This document shows positions 9,215 to 21,485 of a DNA stretch of 64,000 bases, piece by piece. This DNA is from an uncultured delta proteobacterium. GTDB lineage: Bacteria > Myxococcota_A > UBA9160 > SZUA-336. The stretch lies in NCBI GenBank assembly GCA_963704165.1, contig CAVPHD010000001.1, forward strand, positions 448,001-512,000, read 5' to 3'. Below the pieces are notes generated by a model, which saw only the letters and a list, made by a program, of their open reading frames with translations, searched no databases and was not told where the DNA came from. The translations under genes and the position numbers were made by a program. Each line of letters opens with the position of its first letter. Position 1 is the stretch's first letter.

Positions 9215-10513
9215 TGCGACGCCTCCGTGATCTCGATCATCCGCTCGAGCGCACGCCGCGCTTCGCTCGCGACCCGACGCTGACCGCTGGGATCGAGCCG
9301 CTCACGCGCGCCGCTGATCTCATCGACCATGTCTCCGGGCAGTACCCGGTTCAGGTCGGGCGCACGACCCCGCGACAAGAGATCGAGAAGCGCGACGAGA
9401 TGCGGAGGGTCGTTCCGCGACATCGTCGCGCAGCCGCAGCCGGCGGCCGCCTCGTTCGGCACGTCGGCGAGGTGAACGACCGTGACGCCGCGAGGTGACG
9501 ACTGCTCGCGGAGGTTCCGCACGAAGTGCCCCTCGGTGCCGATCGCGACGCGCGATCCTGGCTCGAGCTTCATCACGTGATTCCAGAGCCAGCTCGTCGA
9601 CCCGCTGCCGTCGGCGAGATCGACGACCTCCTTCGGCGTCTCGGGATGCACCACCACCGAGAACCCCCGCGCGCGCCAGTGGGCGACGTGCGCGGGCTTG
9701 AAGACCGTGTGCACACCGCAGAATCCGCCCCAGAGGATCAGCTCCGCCGTGTCGAGGGCTTCGAGCGACGAAGCGGAGACGTCGGCACCCTCGTGTCCGG
9801 CCGGAAGCATCGCGATTCGTTCGGGATCGATTCCGACCTGCGAGGCGACGTTGCGACCGAGATGCTCGTCGGGCACGAAGAAGATCCGGCGCCCCTGCGC
9901 GCGCGCCCAGCGCACGATCGCGGCGCGTTCGAGCTCGTGCACACCGCGCCGCCGGTGCGTCCGGCGAGCGCCTTCACGCGTCCCGATGTGTTCATGTACG
10001 CGACGACCATCAGATCGTCGCCGAAGCGCGCCTGAAGCTTCTCGAACGCGGGCGCGACCATGAACTCCTTGGCCATCATCTCCATCGTGCAGCCCGACTT
10101 CGGATTCGTGATGAAGACCTGCTGATCGGGACGCGCGAGCATCGCGATCGACTCCGCCATGAAGTGCACCGCCGACTCGACGAAGATGTGCTTCTCGGGA
10201 TGCAGAACCGCCTCGCGCGCGAGCTGGTAGGAATCGGCGACGAGTCCCCCGTAGCGCTCGACGAGCTTCACGATCTCGCCGCCCATGTAGTAGTGCGCGA
10301 GCAGGATCAGCTCGGGGCCGACACGGCTCGCGCAGGCTCGATGTACCCGTCCATCCACGGCAGGACCGTGCGCGGCGTGCGGTCCGGAAGCGCGAGGTAC
10401 TCCTCGGCGTACGGTTGGAACTCGGGCTGGTACCAGTCGAGCGGAAGATCCGTCTGGCAGATCGGGACGTCGGGCTGAAGCGTCATGCTGCGAGGGGGCG
10501 GCATGCGCGACAA
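9211..10513 (-). pseudogene. nadA: Quinolinate synthase NadA, split by two frameshifts (~10328 and ~9925; probably sequence errors)
   Basis: Motifs spread over three frames: LAHYY, DSYQLA, VHFMAES, GCTM, YMNTS, CTSSNA / PDEHLGRN, FCGVH, HPE, GSTS, GTE, CATM. Confidence 0.85.
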
Positions 10514-10534
10514 ACTAGCATGCTCCGAAGCGCG

Positions 10535-11527
10535 TCAGATCTGCCCGGGTTTCGTCAGGTGGTCGGCGGAGAACTCGACGGGTTTCTCGAGCGCCTCGAA
10601 ACGAAGCGCGCACCCGGCCATCGCGCAGCCGCTGCAGTGCGACGGCCGGCACGGATCGAGGTGCACGATGAACTCGGCCTCGGCTTCGAATGCCCGCCCG
10701 AGTTCCTCCTCGAGCAGGTCGGCGCTGCGGTGCGCGTCGTCGAGCGTGAAATAGCGCGGAACGACGAGGTGCAGATCCACGTGATGGAGGTTTCCGGACG
10801 CACGGCTGCGAAGCTGGTGGATGTCGCACCACTCCGGCCTGCGCACGGACTCGATCCGCTCCGCGAGCCGGACCAGCAGCGAGAAGTCGGCCTCGTCGAG
10901 AAGGCCCGTCAGGGAGTGGCGCACGACCCGACCGCCTGCCCAGAGGATGTTTCCGGCGACGAGCAGTGCCACGATCGGATCCAATACGACGTACCCGGTG
11001 ACGTGCACCGCGGCGAGCGCGGCGATTCCCGCGGCGGTCGTCACCGTGTCGGTCAGCACGTGAATCCCGTCGGCGCGGAGTGCCTGCGAGTGCTCCCGCC
11101 GAGCGACGCCGAGCAGGAACCATCCGAGCGCCAGGTTGCCGACCCCCGCGCCGGCCGAGATCGCGATGCCGATCCCGATGTGTTCGAGCTCCGGCCCGGT
11201 CACGATTCGGCGCACCGCCTCGATCGCGATCAGCAGCGCGGCGACGAAGATCATCCCGCCCTCGATCATCGCGGAGAGCGTCTCCGCCTTGCCGTGTCCG
11301 TAGGGGTGGTCGGCGTCGGGCGGGCGCCGCGCGACCACGACGCTGTAGGTGACCAGCGACGCCGCCATCACGTTGACGATCGACTCGGCGGCATCCGCGA
11401 GCAGGGCCATCGAGCCGGTGTACAAATAGGCTGCCGCCTTGAGCGCGAGGATCACCACGCTCGCCACCAACGAGATCACGCCCGCACGGACGGCGGCGTC
11501 CCAGGGTCTGGCTACGGCCTCGCTCAC
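10535..11527 (-). CDS. Cation diffusion facilitator (FieF-like) with a Cys-rich C-terminus
   Basis: [35 protein letters not shown]; tail [18 protein letters not shown]. Confidence 0.92.
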   Translation of the reverse strand: MSEAVARPWDAAVRAGVISLVASVVILALKAAAYLYTGSMALLADAAESIVNVMAASLVTYSVVVARRPPDADHPYGHGKAETLSAMIEGGMIFVAALLIAIEAVRRIVTGPELEHIGIGIAISAGAGVGNLALGWFLLGVARREHSQALRADGIHVLTDTVTTAAGIAALAAVHVTGYVVLDPIVALLVAGNILWAGGRVVRHSLTGLLDEADFSLLVRLAERIESVRRPEWCDIHQLRSRASGNLHHVDLHLVVPRYFTLDDAHRSADLLEEELGRAFEAEAEFIVHLDPCRPSHCSGCAMAGCALRFEALEKPVEFSADHLTKPGQI

Positions 11528-11602
11528 ACCGGGACTTTAGCGTCTCCGCCCCTCCGCCGAGCGAGCAGGCTCCCGGCAGGGGCGCTATGCTGCGGCGCGC
11601 TT

Positions 11603-11679
11603 CGGGGCGTAGCGCAGCTTGGTAGCGCGCTTGGTTCGGGACCAAGAGGTCGCCGGTTCAAATCCGGCCGCCCCGACCA
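11603..11679 (+). tRNA. tRNA-Pro (anticodon CGG)
   Basis: CGGGGCG acceptor pairs with CGCCCCG-ACCA; anticodon arm CTTGG-TTCGGGA-CCAAG; T-loop GGTTCAAAT; encoded CCA; upstream -10 TATGCT at 11586-11591. Confidence 0.98.
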
Positions 11680-11686
11680 CCCTTTT

Positions 11687-13771
11687 CTATCGACCGCGCA
11701 TCGGGTCCCCGGGTGCCGGGCTTGCCGGCGGAGCCCCCGGGAGCGGGCGGTCGGCGTTGCTCTTGATCCGGATCGTCGGCCAGGGTGACGCCTCGCGGCT
11801 CGGCTCGCGGCGCAGAAGCGCACGGCAGATGCCATTCTCGAGTCGGCCGGTCGCGGCGATCGCTCCGGCAACCGACAGCGCCGCCGTTCCGGTCGTGTGC
11901 GAAGCACCCCTCACGAGCGCCTCTCGCACCGCCCATGGCTCGAGGTCCGGCCGCGAGCCGGTCACGAGCAGGGCCGCGCCCGCCGTGAGCCCCACGGCCA
12001 CGAGCGAGCCTTCGTGCGCGGCGGTGCGTCGGTCGGGAACCGAGGATTGATCGTTGCGAGGATTCGAGATCGCGGCGCGAATCTGATCGGATGCCGCGGT
12101 GTGCGGCGGCAAGGACAGGTCGGGCGCCGCCTCCGGCGAAGCCACGACGTCTGCGACCAGCAACGCGCGAAGCGGTCGGAGCACGGTGTCGCCGCTCTCC
12201 TCGTCGGCCCACGGATCCCAGACCACGCCCGTCCCGCCGCCGTTCTGCTCGAGCCACGACTCGCGCCAGTGCGACGGATAGGCACCGCCCGCACCGGACT
12301 CGTCGCCAGGTCCGCAGACGGGAATTGCGCAGTTGTCCTCGGCGAAGAGCAGCGCGTCGTGCAGGATCCAGTGCGGCCGCTCGCCGGGCCATGCGCACGT
12401 CAGCACGCGCGCGCGCTCGCCGACGGCATACGCGATTCCGGCGGCGCGCGCCCAAACCGAACTGCGGAGCTCTGCGGGCGGCGCCTCGGAGTCGTGCATC
12501 CGTGGATCGCCGTCGGCCCCCCGTGCGAGGCTCGTGCGCAGATTCTCCTGCACGTCGACCGCGAGGATCTGCGCTCGCGGCGCGACACCGAGCGGCAGCC
12601 CGGCCCCGCCGGCGCCCGCGGCAAGGGACGCGACGGCGGTCCCATGCCCCCAATCAAAACGCGTGCGATCCGAGGCACCGTCCCAGTCCGTGACGTCGGT
12701 GACGACTCCCAGTGCGAGTCGGGCCGAGGAGTCGTCGCGCGCGATCGCGAGGTGAGCGAGGTTCACGCCGAATCGATCGCCGGGGACTCCGTTTCCGTCG
12801 AGGTCGTCGCCCGCTCGCTCGCTCGGCTTCTCCAGGAGATTCCGCACCAGCGCGGCGTGGTTGACGTCGATGCCGGTGTCGATCACCGCGAGCCGGACGC
12901 CGTCCCCCTGCTCTTCTCCCCAGACCTGTGGTGCGCCGATCGCGACGAGCTCGGCACCGGCCGAGTTCGCCGCCGCGCGCCGGCTCCCCGCGGTCCGCAC
13001 GCTCGAGCGATACGCCTCGGCTTCGGGATCGAGGATGCGACTCACCGCGAGTAGAGGCGTCGGCCATTCTTCGCCTGCGCGCACTCGCAGGAAGGCTCCG
13101 TCGGCAGGCAGATAGCTCTCTGCGAAAATGCTCGGGTCGGCGCGCAGCCAGCCGACGGCCTGGTAGAAGTTCACGTCCTCGGGCAGGTCGATCGCGATCC
13201 AGAGGCCGAGGCCGACGGCGTCACGCGCGCCCGTGCGATCGAAGGGGAAGGCCGGCAGGACCAGGGCCGAAAGCGCGCGGAGCTTCGCGTCGAGGGACGG
13301 CAGCCCGAGGCTCTTGCGCGCAACCGGCTCGGTGAACGATTCGGGTAGCTGGCGCAGCTTGAACAGCACCACGCCACCCTGATACGGATCATCGACAGGT
13401 AGCGTTCGCGAATCGGTGAAGGTGATCTGGGCCTCGGCGCTCAGATCGCCCGCCCGACACAGGACGGTGGTGGGGACGGAGACGCTGGGCGACGGCACGC
13501 GCAGCACTTCACCGTCGCGAGCGAGCACCTCCCCGTCGGCGAGCTGGCAGTGTGCGTCGCCCGAGTTCGTTCCGACGACTCGGAGCCTCGCCTCGTCGCC
13601 CAGCCGCGCGCTGGTATTGCGCGGCTCGATGCGCAGCGCGTCCGGGTCCCCCGCCGACGTCGCTCCGCGCCAGAGCGGCGGGAGCGTCGGCGTCGGCGTC
13701 AGGACCGTCGCACATGCACACAGCGAAACAACCGCGACCGCCCCCACGAACCCGGAGAATCCCCTGCTCAT
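11687..13771 (-). CDS. Subtilase (S8)-like lipoprotein, probably catalytically inactive
   Basis: Lipobox [19 protein letters not shown] and HGTAVAS present; the GTSMA motif reads GSLVA. Confidence 0.8.
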   Translation of the reverse strand: MSRGFSGFVGAVAVVSLCACATVLTPTPTLPPLWRGATSAGDPDALRIEPRNTSARLGDEARLRVVGTNSGDAHCQLADGEVLARDGEVLRVPSPSVSVPTTVLCRAGDLSAEAQITFTDSRTLPVDDPYQGGVVLFKLRQLPESFTEPVARKSLGLPSLDAKLRALSALVLPAFPFDRTGARDAVGLGLWIAIDLPEDVNFYQAVGWLRADPSIFAESYLPADGAFLRVRAGEEWPTPLLAVSRILDPEAEAYRSSVRTAGSRRAAANSAGAELVAIGAPQVWGEEQGDGVRLAVIDTGIDVNHAALVRNLLEKPSERAGDDLDGNGVPGDRFGVNLAHLAIARDDSSARLALGVVTDVTDWDGASDRTRFDWGHGTAVASLAAGAGGAGLPLGVAPRAQILAVDVQENLRTSLARGADGDPRMHDSEAPPAELRSSVWARAAGIAYAVGERARVLTCAWPGERPHWILHDALLFAEDNCAIPVCGPGDESGAGGAYPSHWRESWLEQNGGGTGVVWDPWADEESGDTVLRPLRALLVADVVASPEAAPDLSLPPHTAASDQIRAAISNPRNDQSSVPDRRTAAHEGSLVAVGLTAGAALLVTGSRPDLEPWAVREALVRGASHTTGTAALSVAGAIAATGRLENGICRALLRREPSREASPWPTIRIKSNADRPLPGAPPASPAPGDPMRGR

Positions 13772-13814
13772 ACGGGAGTCTTCGGGCGATGCCGCGTCGA
13801 GCTTTTGGTGCGAT

Positions 13815-15704
<1,890 letters not shown>

Positions 15705-15741
15705 TGGGGGGAACTCCTTGGCCATCCGAGGGAAGAAAAAG

Positions 15742-17529
15742 TTAGACCTGCCGCACCTGCTTCTGCAGATCGTGCCGTCGGGACGTGATCCGCTGAAGTT
15801 CTTCGTCGATCTCGTTCTGTCCGGCGGGATCCGTGCAGGATCCGCGCCGTTCCTCGAGCACGTGCTTGGCCGACGTCAGCACGGTGATCTCGAGCTTGGC
15901 GATGCAATCCGAAATGCTGCGGGTGGCGCTCTTGGAGTCGAGCTGAGGCGCATCGGCGATGATTCGCCCGAGCAGCGTCCTCTGCTCGTCATCGAGCCGT
16001 TCCGCCTCCGGGGACAGGAGACTTGCCGCTCCGCTGCGTCCACTCGCGGCGCTCGCCGCCTTCAGATGATCGAGCAGTTCCGCACCCGGGTCGCTCGGAA
16101 GCCATCCGGAATCGAGCGACTCGAAGAGGGGCAGGGTCTCCGGATGCGCCGCGAGCGTGGCGATCAACATGCGCACGATCGGAGAGACCTCGCTCGGCTT
16201 GGCCACGGACCTCGCTGCCCCGATGCCGGCCGCGGGACGCGGGGTCTCGCGCTCGGCGCCCTGGCGCAGTGCTTCCTCGAGCGCGTTCGGCGGGATCTCG
16301 AGACGACTCGAGAGCAGGCGCACGTACGCGGCTCGCTCGACCGGATCGGTGAGCGCACGCAGATACGGAGCCACGCTGCGCGCCGTATCGCCCGCCGCCC
16401 AGGCGTGGCCTGCGCCTTCCTTCAGCGCGCGCTCGATCAGGTGATCGAGAAGCGGCACGGCGCTGTCGACGCAGGTGCGCAGCGCGGGCAGACCCGAGTT
16501 CGCGACGAGCGTGTCGGGATCCTCGCCGAGCGGCAGGAATGCCGCGCGCACGCGCAGGCCTTCGGCGAGCAGGATCGGCAGCGCACGCTCCGCGGCGGCC
16601 TGACCGGCAACGTCACCGTCGAAGAGCAGCACGACTTCCGTTGCGTAGCGTCGGATCCGCCGGGCATGGGCCTGCGTGACGGCGGTCCCACAGGGAGCGA
16701 TCCCTTCCGAAAGTCCCGCGCGATGCAGCGCGAGCAGATCGAAATAACCCTCGACGATGATCACGCGGCCGCGCTCGCGGATCGCTTCGAGCGCCTGCGG
16801 CAGGCCGAAGAGGGCGCGGCTCTTCTTGTACACGGGCGATTCGGGCGTGTTCAGGTACTTCGGCGGCTCGCTTCCCAGACCTCGCCCGCCGAAGCCGGCA
16901 ACCTGCCCCGTCGGTTCGAGAATCGGAAAGACGACGCGCGCGCGGAACCGATCGTAATGACCGTCACCGCTCGGACGCCGGGCGATCAGCCCCGCGAGCT
17001 CGGCTTCTTCGACCGAGATGCGCGAGCGGCGCAGATGCTGGATCAGCCCGTCCCAACCCTCGGGTGCCCAACCGATCCGGAATCGCTCGGCGAGATCCTC
17101 GGGGATCCCGCGGGCGCTGAGATATCGACGGGCGGGTTCCGCCTCGGGCCGGCGCAAGCTGGCGCTGAAGAAGGCGGCCGCGACTTCGTTCGCGCGAAAG
17201 GCCGCGGCGACCTGGCCCTCGTCTCCGCCGCCGGTCTCGGGAACCGCGATCCCGAGCTCCCGTCCAAGCACGCGGAGCACGTCTGGAAAGTCGAGACCCT
17301 CCGTGCGCATTCGGAAGGCGAACACGTCGCCGCCGGCGCCGCAGCCGAAGCAGTAGAAGATCTGCTTGTCGGCGTGAACCTGGAAGGAGGGGGTCTTCTC
17401 GTCGTGGAAAGGACAGAGGCCCCAGAAGCGGCTGCCCGACTTCTTGAGAGTCACGTGCCGACCGACGATCGCTACGATGTCAGCGCGGTCGCGGATCTCG
17501 GCTACGACGTTCTCGGGGATTCGGCCCAC
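15742..17529 (-). CDS. dnaG: DNA primase
   Basis: [11 protein letters not shown]...YCFGC zinc finger, KYLNTPE, VEGYFD, FDGDVAG, DPD. Confidence 0.97.
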   Translation of the reverse strand: MGRIPENVVAEIRDRADIVAIVGRHVTLKKSGSRFWGLCPFHDEKTPSFQVHADKQIFYCFGCGAGGDVFAFRMRTEGLDFPDVLRVLGRELGIAVPETGGGDEGQVAAAFRANEVAAAFFSASLRRPEAEPARRYLSARGIPEDLAERFRIGWAPEGWDGLIQHLRRSRISVEEAELAGLIARRPSGDGHYDRFRARVVFPILEPTGQVAGFGGRGLGSEPPKYLNTPESPVYKKSRALFGLPQALEAIRERGRVIIVEGYFDLLALHRAGLSEGIAPCGTAVTQAHARRIRRYATEVVLLFDGDVAGQAAAERALPILLAEGLRVRAAFLPLGEDPDTLVANSGLPALRTCVDSAVPLLDHLIERALKEGAGHAWAAGDTARSVAPYLRALTDPVERAAYVRLLSSRLEIPPNALEEALRQGAERETPRPAAGIGAARSVAKPSEVSPIVRMLIATLAAHPETLPLFESLDSGWLPSDPGAELLDHLKAASAASGRSGAASLLSPEAERLDDEQRTLLGRIIADAPQLDSKSATRSISDCIAKLEITVLTSAKHVLEERRGSCTDPAGQNEIDEELQRITSRRHDLQKQVRQV

Positions 17530-17583
17530 TCCGTCCTGCGCCCCCTACCGTTGGACCCACTACGAAATTCGACTCAACGTGCG

Positions 17584-17612
17584 AAAGGCCCGGGCAGCAT
17601 CTGCCTCGGGCC
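17584..17612 (-). terminator. Intrinsic terminator/attenuator hairpin between rpsU and dnaG
   Basis: Minus strand GGCCCGAGGCAG-ATG-CTGCCCGGGCC followed by TTT; same position as the rpsU-dnaG terminator of the E. coli macromolecular synthesis operon. Confidence 0.6.
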
Positions 17613-17624
17613 CCTAGCTACGAC

Positions 17625-17819
17625 CTAGACCTGCGCCTTGAGCTTCTTCAGAGCTCGCTTCCGGGCAGCGAGCGTCTTCTTCTTGTTGCGAACGCTCGGC
17701 TTCTCGAAGTGCTCGCGCTTGCGCAGCTCGTACATCAGGCCGGCTTTCTCGCACTGCTTCTTGAAGCGCTTGAGCGCGCTTTCGAAGGACTCATTCTCCT
17801 TCAGTTTCACCCCAGGCAA
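17625..17819 (-). CDS. rpsU: 30S ribosomal protein S21
   Basis: TTG start with [33 protein letters not shown]...[10 protein letters not shown]. Confidence 0.95.
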   Translation of the reverse strand: MPGVKLKENESFESALKRFKKQCEKAGLMYELRKREHFEKPSVRNKKKTLAARKRALKKLKAQV

Positions 17820-18065
17820 AAGCACTCCTCGCACGACGGCTTGCGGTGTTTCCTCGACCCGCCCCACTCCCGAAGACCCTTCCCGAAAACAGCATGATGC
17901 AGGTGAGAAAGCGAAGGGGAGACTGGGGGGCTTGCTCAGGTCATCGCGCGACGCCGCGATCGGAGGGCTCGTCCAGTACGACTCGACGAGCTGGGTCAGA
18001 TCTCGGCTTCACGCCAGAACATCCAAATCTTTCAAGTACTTACAAGGATGACCTAGCAGCGGCGG

Positions 18066-18095
18066 AAGCTAGCACAGGGCTTTCGGGGCGCGCAA
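18066..18095 (-). promoter_or_regulatory. Putative sigma70 promoter of rpsU-dnaG-rpoD
   Basis: Minus strand TTGCGC-18 nt-TAGCTT with an extended -10 TG, followed by a GC-rich discriminator. Confidence 0.55.
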
Positions 18096-18150
18096 CACTT
18101 GCCGGCAAGAGACCCGCCCGCAGGCGATTGGTCGGGCCGGTTTCGCTCCG

Positions 18151-18942
18151 TCAGTCGGAAACTGGTCGGACCAATATTCCGTGGGTGGCCAGGTAGGCCT
18201 TGGCCTCGGGAACCCGGAAGGTGCCGAAGTGGAAGATGCTGGCCGCGAGTACGGCGGATGCGCCGCCGCCCGACGCACCGTCGTCGAGCGCCTCGCGCAG
18301 GTGCTCGAGCGTGCCTGCGCCGCCGGAAGCAATGACGGGGATCGAGACAGCGCGAGTCACTGCCCGCGTGAGTTCGAGATCGTACCCGTCGCGTGTCCCG
18401 TCGCGGTCCATGCTGGTGAGCAGGATTTCGCCCGCTCCGAGCGCCTCGATGCGCGACACCCACCCGACGGCGTCGATGCCTGTCGGTCGGCGACCCCCGT
18501 GTGTGTAGACCTCCCAGCCTCCCTGCGGATCGCCGCGTTCGCGCCGACGCGCGTCGACGGCAACGATCAGATTCGCGGAGCCGAGCTTCTCGGCGGTTTC
18601 TCGCACGAGCTCGGGCCGGGCGACCGCAGCCGAGTTCACCGAGACCTTGTCCGCGCCCGCTCGAAGCAGAGCGCGCACGTCGTCCACCGAGCGAACGCCC
18701 CCGCCCACCGAGAACGGGATCGTGAGTCGATCGGCCGTTCGCGCGACCAGGTCGAACATCGTCGCGCGGTTCTCGTGAGACGCGTTGATGTCGAGAAAGC
18801 AGAGCTCGTCCGCACCCTGGGCATCGTAAGCGGCGCCGACCTCCACGGGGTCACCTGCATCGATCAGATCGACGAACTGCACGCCCTTCACGACGCGCCC
18901 GTCTCGGACGTCGAGACAGGGGATGATGCGCTTGGTCAGCAC
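18151..18942 (-). CDS. hisF: Imidazole glycerol phosphate synthase subunit HisF
   Basis: [45 protein letters not shown]. Confidence 0.97.
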   Translation of the reverse strand: MLTKRIIPCLDVRDGRVVKGVQFVDLIDAGDPVEVGAAYDAQGADELCFLDINASHENRATMFDLVARTADRLTIPFSVGGGVRSVDDVRALLRAGADKVSVNSAAVARPELVRETAEKLGSANLIVAVDARRRERGDPQGGWEVYTHGGRRPTGIDAVGWVSRIEALGAGEILLTSMDRDGTRDGYDLELTRAVTRAVSIPVIASGGAGTLEHLREALDDGASGGGASAVLAASIFHFGTFRVPEAKAYLATHGILVRPVSD

Positions 18943-19661
18943 GAAGCGAGTCTCGCGACGGCCTCTTCGACGCGGATCGCGCCGGCGTAGATCGCCTTGC
19001 CGACGATCGCCCCGGCGATCACGCGCGTTCGGGCCAGACGCTCGAGATCCGCGAGCGACCCGACCCCCCCCGAGGCGAGCACCGGGAAGGGCGAGCGGCG
19101 CGCCAGGGCGGCCGTGGCTTCGACGTTCGGCCCGCCGAGCAACCCGTCACGGCCGATGTCCGTGTGCAGGACCGCCGCGAGAGGCAGCTTCTCGAAGCGC
19201 CCGAGAACCTGCTCGACGGTCTCGCTGCTCGTCTCACGCCATCCGCGTACGGCGACCCGACCCTCTCGCGCGTCGAGGCCGAGGATCATCCGGTCCGGAA
19301 ATCGGCCGGCAAGGTCTCGCAGGAGTTCGGGCTGCTCGAGCGCGGCCGTGCCGATCACGATCCGCGCGGCGCCCGCGGCGAGGACCTGTTCGACGCGGTC
19401 GCTCGTGCGCATGCCCCCGCCCACTTGAATCGCGAGGTCCGGACAGGCTTCGAGAATCTGGCGGATGACCGCGTCATTTCCGGCGCGGCCGTCGCGTGCA
19501 CCGTCGAGATCGACGATGTGGATCCGGCGCACGCCTGCCACGGCAAATCCGCGGGCGACCACGACCGGGTCGAGGTCGTAGGTGGTCTCGCGCGCGTAGT
19601 CCCCCTGCTCGAGCCGGACGACGTGTCCACCGCGCAGGTCGATCGAGGGAATCAGCTCCAC
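18936..19661 (-). CDS. hisA: ProFAR isomerase HisA
   Basis: [42 protein letters not shown]. Confidence 0.95.
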   Translation of the reverse strand: MELIPSIDLRGGHVVRLEQGDYARETTYDLDPVVVARGFAVAGVRRIHIVDLDGARDGRAGNDAVIRQILEACPDLAIQVGGGMRTSDRVEQVLAAGAARIVIGTAALEQPELLRDLAGRFPDRMILGLDAREGRVAVRGWRETSSETVEQVLGRFEKLPLAAVLHTDIGRDGLLGGPNVEATAALARRSPFPVLASGGVGSLADLERLARTRVIAGAIVGKAIYAGAIRVEEAVARLASC

Positions 19662-20248
19662 GACCGGGTATCCGCGACGAGCGCGCGGGCGAGCTGACTC
19701 GCCCCATAGCCCGCGAGATCCGCGGCGGTCACCCAGCGAAAGCCCCGCTGCCACGCCCGACCGAGCGAGCCCAGGTCATCCGAGAGCGCCTGCTGGGTCT
19801 CGTCGTAGGTCCCCGACCAGAGAAGGTCCCCATCCGGGGTGTGGAGTTCGAGTCGGAACCAGACGGAGGCGGGTCGGTGGGTCCCTCCGGGCCCCCCTTG
19901 GCGATCGACGAAACGCCGCACCGTGCCCGTGAGCACGGCATCGACGCCAAACTGCCGTCGCAGCACGGCTCCGCCGCCCGGGCCGAGGCTTCCGGGCACG
20001 CGAACGGCCTCTTCGGGTGGGACGATCTCGAAGTCCGACTCCCGCGTCATGGCCTGCAACACGCGTGTCGTGACGACGGCGGCCGAGTCCGCGTCGACTA
20101 CGGCTCCGGTAGCCGACTGGGTCGTGAAGGGCAGGACCACCAGCTTGCGCAGCGCCGGAGGAGACTGCGTCGCGCGCGTCTCGCTGGAGAACGGTGCGGC
20201 GCAGCCGAGGGCGAGCCCGAGCAGAGCGGTGAGCACGACGCGCGTCAT
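19652..20248 (-). CDS. Lipoprotein (CsgG/LpoB-like alpha-beta fold) inside the his operon
   Basis: MTRVVLTALLGLALGC lipobox; KLVVLPF, GVDAVLTGTV, GDLLWSG pattern. Confidence 0.7.
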   Translation of the reverse strand: MTRVVLTALLGLALGCAAPFSSETRATQSPPALRKLVVLPFTTQSATGAVVDADSAAVVTTRVLQAMTRESDFEIVPPEEAVRVPGSLGPGGGAVLRRQFGVDAVLTGTVRRFVDRQGGPGGTHRPASVWFRLELHTPDGDLLWSGTYDETQQALSDDLGSLGRAWQRGFRWVTAADLAGYGASQLARALVADTRSWS

Positions 20249-20862
20249 GGCGTCCACGCGCAGAAGCGCTCGAGCAGCTCGAGCCCGCAGCGTTGGCTCT
20301 TCTCGGGGTGGAACTGCACGCCGATGCAGCTTCCTCGCCCGACCGCGGAAGCAAAGCTTTCGCCGTAGTCGGTTCGCGCCAGACAGAACTCATCCGGCAC
20401 GCTCGTCGCGCGGTAGCCGTGCACGAAGTAGAAGTAGCCCTCGGCGATCACCGGGTGCTCGATCACCGGCTTCACCTGATTCCAGCCCATGTGCGGGATG
20501 GGAAGCTCCCGGGACTCGGGAAAGCGCTCGACGCGACCGGGGATGATCCCGACGCAGGGTCCGCTGCCACCCTCTTCCGCCTCGTCGAGCAGGACCTGCA
20601 GCCCGAGGCAGATCCCGAGATACGGCCGGCCCGCTTCGACGTGCGCGCGAATCGCGTCATCGAGTCCGCCCGATCGCAGCGCAGCCATCGCCTCGCGGAT
20701 CGATCCCACGCCGGGCACCACGACTCGCCGCGCCGCGCGCACGTCTCGGGCGGAATCTGCGACGCGCGGGCGCGCACCGATCCGCTCGAGAGCCCGCGCG
20801 ACGCTGCGCAGGTTTCCCATTCCGTAGTCGACGACCAGGACCTCTTCACCGGCTCGGCTCAA
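20245..20862 (-). CDS. hisH: Imidazole glycerol phosphate synthase subunit HisH
   Basis: DYGMGNLRSV, PGVG, GICLG, PHMGWN, YFVH, QFHPEKS; TTG start overlaps the hisB stop. Confidence 0.95.
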   Translation of the reverse strand: MSRAGEEVLVVDYGMGNLRSVARALERIGARPRVADSARDVRAARRVVVPGVGSIREAMAALRSGGLDDAIRAHVEAGRPYLGICLGLQVLLDEAEEGGSGPCVGIIPGRVERFPESRELPIPHMGWNQVKPVIEHPVIAEGYFYFVHGYRATSVPDEFCLARTDYGESFASAVGRGSCIGVQFHPEKSQRCGLELLERFCAWTP

Positions 20863-21446
20863 AGAGATCCCTTCGTCGACAGGGCTCCGCGAATTCGCGG
20901 ATCGACTCGCGTGGCTTCGTCGAGAGCGCGGCCGAGCCCTTTGAAAATGCCCTCGATGACGTGATGCACGTTGTGCCCGTAGCTCCGCTCGACGTGAAGA
21001 TCCACGCCGCCGTTGCTGCAGAAGGCGTACAGGAAGTCCTCGACCAGCGCGGCGTCGAAGTCGGCGACCCAGTCCCGCGCGAGCTCCACGCGGTAGACCA
21101 GGTACGGCCGATTCGAGAGATCGAGATCGACCAGAACGCGAGCATCGGCCATCGGAATCCGGGCCGAGCCGAAGCGGCGCAATCCGGCGCCCTCGCCGAT
21201 GGCTCTTCGCAGCGCCTGCCCGAGCACGATGCCCACATCCTCGACGGTGTGGTGCTGATCGACCTGGAGGTCGCCCTTCGCCCGCACGCGCAGGTCGAAC
21301 AGGCCGTGGCGTGCGAAGGAGTCGAGCAGGTGGTCGAAGAAGGGCATGCCCGTCTCGATCGCTGCCTCGCCCTTCCCGTCCAGCCGAAGCTCGACGGTGA
21401 TCTCCGTCTCGCGCGTCTTGCGAGCGACCGTGGCCTCGCGCTCCAT
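20859..21446 (-). CDS. hisB: Imidazoleglycerol-phosphate dehydratase
   Basis: RKTRET, FFDHLL, DQHHTVEDVGI, NVHHVIE, STKG. Confidence 0.97.
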   Translation of the reverse strand: MEREATVARKTRETEITVELRLDGKGEAAIETGMPFFDHLLDSFARHGLFDLRVRAKGDLQVDQHHTVEDVGIVLGQALRRAIGEGAGLRRFGSARIPMADARVLVDLDLSNRPYLVYRVELARDWVADFDAALVEDFLYAFCSNGGVDLHVERSYGHNVHHVIEGIFKGLGRALDEATRVDPRIRGALSTKGSL

Positions 21447-21485
21447 GCTCGTACTCCTTCGGATCGTTCAGATAGGGAACCGGAT

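Noticed and set aside
11603..13771. Possible integrative element at tRNA-Pro
   Set aside because: No integrase, no duplicated tRNA 3' end and no compositional shift seen.
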